64,000 nt of DNA, taken from Adineta vaga. Lineage: Eukaryota > Animalia > Rotifera. Location: NCBI GenBank assembly GCA_021613535.1, contig CP075497.1, positions 7,812,001 through 7,876,000 of the forward strand, given 5' to 3'. Below, one piece after another: positions 55,249 to 64,000 of this stretch (within the stretch, counting starts at the first letter, position 1; each line of letters begins with the position of its first letter). The notes beneath the pieces are model-generated. The model worked only from the letters and a program-made list of their open reading frames with translations, was not told the DNA's origin and did not search any database. The position numbers were made by a program, and so were the translations under genes.

Positions 55249-57230
55249 ATGAAAATCGAAGAATTACCAGGTGAATTATGGTTTCTTATTCTTTCATATT
55301 TATCACCTTTGGAAGCTTTTTATGCATTTAATAATGTAAATAATTCTCGTATACATTCAATTCTCACTGATATGTATTTAATTCGACGTGATGATGACAA
55401 TAGTTCGTCTGTATTAAATATCTCTCTTGTTCATGTACCATTATTTATGTATAATTTTGCTATATCGAATGTTATTTCATTTTATTCGAATATTATTCAT
55501 TCCTTAACATTATCGAATGATCAAACGCCAGGTGAAATCACGAATTTTCTTCAAAAATATTCTTTTAAATACGATTTTCCATATTTAAAATATTTACATT
55601 TGATTGAACCAACATCAAATGAATTTAATACAATCATCGATGATCTTTTCAATATAAAAATAATCGATATTCAATCCAGACAAATACATTTATTCAATCT
55701 TGATATAATTCAAAAACTTCTCTATTCCAAATCATCCATTATCGATTGTCGTTTGAGTCAATTTCGACAAGATTTTATCTCTCAATCTTCAAATGCATTT
55801 ATCCGAAAATTAAGTATTCATTCTTGTGATTATTTATCTTTTGTTAATATAATAAGTCATTTTGCTCTCTTGGAATATTTATCGATTCAAACACTTTTAA
55901 TGTCACGTCATGCCATTTTAACATCAATTCATCGTCTGGATAAACCGATAGTATTGAAATATTTAAAACTACGTGCATTTAGTATTCCATTTGAATATCT
56001 TCAAATATTATTTCCTTATCTGGAAAATCTACAAAGATTTTCATTAGCAATTCTTTGTGATGAAGGTTTGTCAATAAATTCTGTTAGATTTTTCAAGATT
56101 TGATTTACTTTTTCAATAGGTTTTGATTATGTTAATAGTAATAAATGGCAAATGATTATTCAGAATTATTGGCCATTATTGAAAACATTTGAACTTTATT
56201 GTGAATTATGGCATTTGACACCATTTGATATTGATGAATTATATCCACAATTATGGTCCTTTCGAAATAATACATTTTGGATTGAACGTCAAATGAAATT
56301 TATTATTGATTTTTATCAAGATAAAAGTGATTTTCATTTGATTTTTTATTCAAATCCATATTCGGATGAGAAATATTCAAATCAGTAAGACAATCATTTT
56401 CTTTATCATAAAATATTCGGCTTTCATTATCTTTTCTAGATGGGGCTATCCAATTGATACGGTTTTCTCTTTAACAAATACGAAAGATTTATTTTTAATT
56501 AAAAATATTTATCGAAATGTTAATCGTTTGCTTTTAACCATTTATAATAATAAACATATGAAATATGAAATTGATAAATCTTCATGTTACTTTCTAAATA
56601 TTGAAACATTAACAATACGGTTTGAACAAAGTATTTCCAGTGCTTTATTTGGTTTTTATATTAGTAAAATAATGAATCTCAACTCTATCAAACATTTAGT
56701 ATTAAATGATAGATCTCATACAGTTGGAACTTTATATGAACTTATTCGACGTAAGTTTAAATGACTTCATCAATCTTCTATTCTAATTTAAATGTACTAT
56801 GATCTTCTCAGGCCTTCCAAATATGACGAAATTAACTATTACTAGTAATCGACGCATATTAATCAAACAGATCTTTCAAAAACGAAATGAACCTTTATTA
56901 TTATTATTAGGTGAACGTCTTTTCTATTTCAATTTATTATATGATGGTGTGATATCTTATGAAACAATTCAAGCGATAGGTTATTATTTTCCGAATTTGA
57001 AATTCTTTTCAGCTTGTCTACCACATTTCGAAGATTTTCGAGATGCCATTCCATCGTTTATACAGAATATGAAATCTCTTCAATATCTTCGTATTGGTCT
57101 CGAAGGTGATAATGATAAGAAAAATTTCGCTACACAAGATATGTATGATTGGTTTCGACGACATAATATTCTCCAAGAATTGAAATTATCGATTGATACA
57201 TATACAAATTCGATTCAGATTTGGTTATAA
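55249..57230 (+). CDS. F-box-like N-terminus plus degenerate LRR protein, 4 exons
   Basis: The start IEELPGELWFLILSYL...AFYAFNNVNNSRI is F-box-like. It is followed by repeated FPYLKYLHL, LENLQRFSL, LPNMTKLTI and FPNLKFF solenoid-type motifs. Confidence 0.8.
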
Positions 57231-57270
57231 ATCAATGATAGATAGATATTTATTGTTCGTTGTATTATAT

Positions 57271-58166
57271 TTATTCAATAAAATAATGAACGAAAAGAAA
57301 ACTGATGAAAGATAGAAGAATGGAAATCGAAAGAAAAGAAGCCGATGAAAATCCTATTTCATTTCGACAAAATCGACTGCCGAGAGATATTTGTGTTTCA
57401 TTTGCAGTTAAATTTGCACCTGAATTTTGATAGGAACAATATCGTGGCCATGGTTTAATTGCGTCGATTGTACCATTACCTGGACTGAAAAAGAATACTT
57501 AATAAAATATGGAATATTCATTCGAAGAAAAAATTTACCATTCTGTATAACCGGGTCGTTGTGATTGTCGATGTGTAATGATATAATATTCGTTTTTGAC
57601 GTGTCCTTGTTGAACACCACAATCAATCCAAAGTTTAACGGCATCTAATGCTTTTTGATTTGGTGATTCAGTACGAAAATCACCAATAATACAAATACCT
57701 TAAGAACTCAAGAAATAACTTTTGTATATATGTAGTTTAATTGTTATTGTTACCGAATGCATCATTATTCCAACCTGGCGCATGTGCACCTTGTCGATCC
57801 CATCCTCGTCCTTCATAAACTTTACCATTTTCACCTACAAGAAAATGGTATCCAATATCCACCCATTCTCGATCATTTTGATGAAGATCTTGAATCCATT
57901 TTACACGTTCAACACATGCTGCATCATCATAACAGCTAAAAATAGTCGAATTAAATACATAGTTCTACGTTGAAAACTATTAACTTAGATGGTTGGTAAG
58001 TATGATGAATAACATAGAATGAAAATGGTTTTCCTGTTAGATTTGTTATTGACTTAGGAGGACGTGCACCCCATTCAGCTCGACTAACAAATGGAACTTG
58101 TTCACAAGGTGATTGGCCATTGACAACAATGGTCAATAGGAGACAAATTGAGAGTATATTTCGCAT
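57271..58166 (-). CDS. Peptidoglycan recognition protein (N-acetylmuramoyl-L-alanine amidase) with signal peptide and hydrophobic C-terminal tail, 4 exons
   Basis: Spliced protein: MRNILSICLLLTIVVNG, VSRAEWGARPP, VIHHT, WVDIGYHFLVGENGKVYEGRGW, GAHAPGWN, GICIIGDF, THRQ, TECPG. It ends SSASFLSISILLSFISFLFVHYFIE*. Confidence 0.93.
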
Positions 58167-59074
58167 TAGATATTTTAGAATCGTGTGCAAATGACAAAGT
58201 ATTAAGTTATGAAAAGAGAAAAGGATTTTGTCGTTCTTACTAAGGTCTGATTAAGAGAACGAATATTTGATGGTGTATTTCGTCTACTTGTCCATAGAAT
58301 TTAGAAGATATAAAAAATAAATTTCGAGAGTATATATATAGCATTGGTAAGCAATAAATAAAGATTAAGAAATGATAGCAACAATAAAAAAAAATGTGTT
58401 TGATTCAATAAATAACATTCAGATTAAACGATAATCAAATGAGTACTTAAAAACATCACAGTTAAGAATTATAGATTGATTTATATTTTCTACGTTTTTC
58501 TCTCTTGTCTAGATACTTCTTGTTTGAGGTAATAATTCCCATAAGAAAAGATTTACTAATCTTTTTAAATTGTTCCTACATTTCAGATAACAATAGCACA
58601 CATTTTTATGACACTATGATTGGTAGAAAGGTCTATAAACGACTGAAAGATAAGATTCTGTAGCACACACTTTCACAATTTTGATATCTCAACACTATGG
58701 ATGTGACCACACCCTCAAAAGACTGGTGCCAATGAACAATCAATCCATTCAGTTTTGTTTGAAAAGAAGATTAAAAATTCATCATATGAACGATGAGACA
58801 CATAAACTATCATGAGGTTAAATCAACTGACCTTTGATAACACGTGAAAGTATATTGCTATTTTGTACATGTTATTTTTACCGAGTGCAGTAAAGCATTG
58901 AATTTTTTTTGTCGTTCTCTTTACCACTAGATTTTTTTTCTTCAATATGTACACGTTGAGGTCATTGTCGTTATTCTTCTTCTCTCGTTCGTACATTGTA
59001 TTTCAGTTGATATAATATACAGTAACATAAAAACAAGAAACAAAATGTAATTACAATTTTATTCGAGCAGAAAA

Positions 59075-60233
59075 ATGCTTGGATATTTTCGTCGATCATT
59101 TAGTCGCCGATCCCCATTGAAACGATCTCGATGGCGTTCTCTCCGTCGTGCATGTATTCTTATTATTTCTATAGTAACTCTTACTCCTTTCATTATTTCA
59201 ATTTTCTATTCAATGCTTATCTTACAATCCAATTCTTATGAATCGGATCTAATAGATGTTATCGTTTCATTAACAACTACCTCGACACGTTTTCACTATG
59301 AACTTCCGTATGCGATTCATTCATTGCTAACTCAAACACAACTACCAAAACAAATTCGAATCTATCTATCACCTACTTCTTTCATCAAAGAACAACCAAA
59401 CTTAACATTGATACATTTGAAAAGTTCTATACAACGTCTTGATTCGTCAGAAATCGTATCAAGATCATTTGATAAATTAGTACAAATTCGATTGGAAGAC
59501 GAGAATTATGGTCCAGCAACGAAATTTATACCAATTATTCAAGAATTTAATAAAAAATCTCAACCACTTATGATTTGTGATGATGATCAGTATTATCATC
59601 CATATACTTTAGCAACACTATACAAATATTCAAATCAGTATCCAAACAGTATTCTTGGTTTTCGAGGTTGGCGAGGTAAAACATTCTGTTTGTCGAAAAA
59701 AATTTGATCTAGCCTGTTATTTTTTAGTCCGTAAAGATCTTATCTGGGGTGTTGGCGGAAAATATGAGATGGCATATCATATTATTGAATCATCTTATCT
59801 TTCTGAAATTTATCGTGTCGGTGTTGTCACTGCGAATGATGCTTATCTGATTCGTCCATCATTCTTTGATTCACAAATTTATCAAGATTTTAGCGATGTT
59901 CCTGATGATATTCGTCATGTTGATGATATTTGGTTAAATGGTCAAGCATCTAAACGAAATATTAGTCGTTATGTCATCCCATCTTGTTGTTCTCATATAA
60001 CTGTCACTCGAACTCATGCATTAGAAGAATATCTTGCACGAAATCGAATGAATCGGTTTTCAGCAAACAATCATGCATTACAATGGTTTGGCAATAGTTG
60101 GGAACAGGATCTATGGTATAAATTTAATGGTGAAAATGCACCGAAATATCGTAATTGGTTAGTGATGATCTATCGAGAATGGGTCAGTTTGATATTGAAA
60201 TTAAAATTTATTATTTATTTTGGTAATATGTAA
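59075..60233 (+). CDS. Type II membrane GT-A fold glycosyltransferase-like protein, 2 exons
   Basis: Basic N-tail plus TM anchor, followed by VSLTT, DENYGPATKFIP, the DxD-like ICDDDQYY and VDDIWLNG. One in-phase intron at about 59676-59727. Confidence 0.75.
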
Positions 60234-60275
60234 TTACAAAGAATATTTCTTTTACAATAAAGTGAAATATATATT

Positions 60276-61092
60276 TTAAAGTCGAACTGGATTGGAAGTT
60301 GGATGGCTATCAAATAAAGGTGTGACATAAGCATGAAGACTTGGTCGACTAGTTGGAATACAAATAGCATGATTCTGATCAACGACTGGACGAAACCAAA
60401 ATAACGGTGCACTAATATAGCGTGTAGCTGATTGTTCGTTGTCCATCTTCGATACCGTGTCTGGATAGAAATAATATTGATCGGAAGGAGTAACATACTT
60501 TCCTATGGTACTGTTTGCTGATGAAATACCGGGATGTTCATGAAATCGACTATTTTTTATTGCATATAAACGTTCATTTTGATTTTGAATAGAATCATTC
60601 GAGCATTGTGATGTTGGTTCATAATCATGTGGAAAATCTATTGAAACAGCTAGTTCATCTAGTCGTTGTACATGATAACGTGACTGGGTGGAATTATCAT
60701 TAGAGATTGTTTGTTGACTATTAGTCGAATCATAATAATGTTTTTCTGTTTGTTTTGCTATTGGATAGAAAACTAGAAAATGAAAATATTGAAAAACGAT
60801 TGATTGTAAAACTTTACTTACTATCATAATCAGTGACAGTATCGATAATAACATCATAATACATAGGAATAATATTCTGATTTGTTGGATAACCGAGTTG
60901 TGCATTTGGATGAGGTGGTGGTAGAATATTATCAAAGGAATTCTCTTTCGTATAAATATATGGAGATGATTCTATCATCTTTTCATTTGGTTTATTCGCC
61001 ATTAGCATTGGAAGATATAAAATAGAATTTGATGGCGCATTTAAAAATGCTCGTGCAATATCTCGATCAAGTTTCGATATAGATGAATACAT
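60276..61092 (-). CDS. Orphan Tyr/Pro/Ser-rich protein, 2 exons
   Basis: ORF 61092-60822 joins through a phase-1 GTAAGT..AG intron to the ORF ending at 60276. No domain recognised. Start uncertain. Confidence 0.55.
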
Positions 61093-61206
61093 ATGACAAT
61101 GAACATAGAATGATGAAGAGAACTATTTATACGTCGAAAGACACGTTTTGTTAAAATGTTAATGTTTTGATCTATTTTTCTAGATAAAATTTTTGTTTAT
61201 TTTAAA

Positions 61207-62970
61207 TTATGTAAATCGAGTATCAGAGGGTAAAGCTATAAATAGTTCATTAGTTGCATCCATTAAAATAGCACCGTCGGCATTAGATGAATCGATTTGA
61301 TCAACTAAATGACTTCCGCCCTCATGAGAAAATGGTGCTGGTGGATATGGAAAATTTGCTGGTTTTTTTGGTAGAGCAGGTGGAGGTGGAGATGATGGTG
61401 ATGATTCTTTTGTTGTTCGAACAGCATGAACAAGTGAATTATATGTTGTATCATCGTCTGTTGATAATGTTTGTTTACGAGGAATTTGTTGATTGTTATT
61501 AGTATGATCCTGTATAGAAAAAGAAATATGAAAAGTTTTTTTTTCTTCTGTTTGATATAAATGAAAAAGAATACGAACAACACTGGTAGCACGTTGTTGT
61601 TTATAATTATTTCGTTTTTTAGCTGCTGATGAACCTGAACGATAACCTTCATCCGCTGTCGTTGTTGTCGTTTGATCATCTTTGATCGTTGATTTTTGTT
61701 CAACGCTTTGTGATCGCTTATAACGTTTAAATTGCTCATCAACCGCTGTTGGAATTTTTGGTTGACGCGTTCGACTACGATGTGAGGATGTATCAGGATG
61801 AGGTTGCATGAGAATACGACGAATTTGCATATCGAATGATTGAACAAATATTTGACAACTTGAAAGAATATTTTGCATTTGTGACGATGATGAAGATGAT
61901 GATAATGATGCAACAACAAATTTCAATGATGTATCTGTTGGAATAGCAGAGATATTCGAAGATGACAATGATGCACATATAGCAAAACTTTCCGAACGTG
62001 AACCATGTAATTGTAAATTACTATTAAAATCTTTATATGCATATGAACCTAGACATAACAGACAAAAATAATCAATAGTTCTTTTGTCAATGAAAGAAAT
62101 TTACCAGGTAGTTGTGCTAATTTAATATTGATTGGCATTGGAAATTGTTCAATAAGATTATGAATTGTTTGTAATTTATTTACATTATTTGAACCTCGTT
62201 GTCCGACAGGAATTAAATTAACTTCATCGATTGATGAACATGAAACATAACATACTTGTTGTTGAGGTAAAATACATTTCAATGCATCTTCATTACGACT
62301 TAAAATATGTTTACCAAAACAAAACCACCATGAAAATTCATAATCATCATCAGTTAAATCATCATCTATCGTCGGTGTATATTCAACTTGAACAAGTTTA
62401 TCAAATAGAATGGTTTGATTCGCTTCAATCTGATGCCATACACGATGATTTATTCCTTCCTCATTTTCTTCAACTGTATAAACACGTATTGGTGATGCAA
62501 TATAAAATGCTTGAGGTCGATGATCAACTTGCATCCGTTCAACAATCGAACGAATATTTGTTTCAGGAACAACACCAGATTGTTGTCCTGAAAAAAATGA
62601 TTATCAAATGAATAACAATTTAAAAGTTATTCTTACGATTATTTCGTGATGGTAAACATTCGAAGTATCCTAAATATGTATTACAGAATAGTAAAAATTT
62701 GATAATCGTGTGTAACGTACCGGGATATTTTATAGGTACAGCTACTAATTCTGAATCAATCGGTCGATAAGATGGATATTCATTTGATGTTGATTGACTA
62801 ACTCTTAGAGCACGACCAAATGCAAAGGTACTACGTAAGACTGAATGCAAAATGATCGGTCGATTCGAACCACGAAAACCTGGTGCTGATCGAATTGCTA
62901 CCGGTAATTTGTATTTATCAGCAATCGAATGAATTGTTAATGGTTGTGATGTCCATTCAAAGGTCGTCAT
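61207..62970 (-). CDS. CABIT-domain adaptor protein (Serrano/GAREM/THEMIS-like) with proline-rich tail, 5 exons
   Basis: FEWTSQPLTIHSIADKYKLPVAIR, PIILHS, VAVPIKYPGYFECLP, IHNLIEQFPMPINIKLAQ and ISAIPTDTSLKFVVA fit CABIT subdomains. The tail contains SPPPPALPKKP. Ends DTRFT* followed by AATAAA. Confidence 0.72.
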
Positions 62971-64000
62971 TGGAATGTATATATGAACAGTTTCGTTCTA
63001 TGAGATTATATAACCTTCCACGTTCAAGGCTTGTTTTGTCTATCTAATAGAGAGTGAAAGTAAAAGTGAGTAAACATATAATATGTGCTATTTTACTTCG
63101 AGAAGAAGGAAAAGCAAAAAAAAGTAACATACCGTGACAAAGAATGAAAATATTCCTGACTTTCATCACTCATCATTTATACATTTTTTTGTATTTATTA
63201 CACGTTATGATTATCATATAGGAAGAAAAAACAGTAGGCAACTTTTTTATCTTATTATTGATCATATGATTGTCTTTTCAGTTAAATAAGTTCGAATATA
63301 TTTGTTTGCTTTTATCATATGCATAATCAGAAAACAAATGTCGAAGGACAAGAAATATATAAATATATATATTCATATTTTAATGACATATTTATCATAC
63401 CTGACTTATGTTTTAAAGGAAGTCATTAGTTATCAAAGAACATGTTTGTTTTTTTTTAAATTTATTTCTTAAAATAGAAGAAAATATTGTATTGTTATCC
63501 AGTTTAGCAATGTCGATAAATGTACGTTCTTTAAAACCATATGACATATTTCATTTTGTTTTTGTCATGTCAAATGAGTAAGGGTCTATAGTTATGACTG
63601 TACAGTTCTGTTAAATTATTTTCTAATTCGAGTAATATACCAAAACATATGACGATCGTTGGAGAAGATAATCATGAATGGAACATATTATGAATAATGA
63701 AAATATGAATAACTGTTTATAATTTGTTCTAAGGTTATCAACGATCATATCAATATCTTTCACATTTTTTCCTTATATATTGAATTAATTTGTCATTAAC
63801 AGAAACGAAGTACAGTATACGATAAAATCGAATGATATAAGTGATATTTTTATTTTCAAATTTACCCAAGATGTACTCAGTTTATTTCATGTATCAAATA
63901 GAAATATCGGGAAAGCAGATCATTTCCACGTATGACGTGACATTTGATGAATACATGCAGATATATCGTAAAATTCATCCTTTAAATATCATACATAGCA

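Overview
This is an AT-rich, gene-dense eukaryotic window with many short (~50-60 nt) GT-AG introns, so the ORF track shows only exon fragments. I spliced the genes by hand. The compact introns, animal core genes, F-box/LRR-type orphan and several intron-containing genes of non-metazoan type suggest a bdelloid rotifer (inference, not proven). About 23 protein-coding genes are supported, in order: TM9SF2 (3' part), TBC1D24, a secreted/GPI-type LRR protein, a bacterial-type C1A cysteine protease, MCM5, ZFAND5/6, ARMC8, LARP4, a degenerate F-BAR-like ORF, SAS-6, an ERK-type MAPK, a seven-BIR RING IAP, HADH, rapsyn, a 113-aa knottin precursor missed by the ORF track, an orphan membrane protein, a copper amine oxidase, ATG4, an F-box/LRR-like protein, a PGRP amidase, a GT-A-like glycosyltransferase, a Tyr/Pro-rich orphan and a CABIT-domain protein. 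No tRNA, rRNA, CRISPR array or transposon is supportable. The most notable items are: (1) the IAP with seven BIR domains; (2) the toxin-like 8-Cys knottin prepropeptide; (3) the putatively horizontally acquired protease, which has gained a prion-like tail built from duplicated symmetric exons and whose stop codon overlaps the neighbouring LRR gene's stop; (4) operon-like same-strand gene spacing; (5) a membrane-tethered catalytic PGRP among other candidate foreign or defence genes. Family assignments rest on motif recognition, not database searches.
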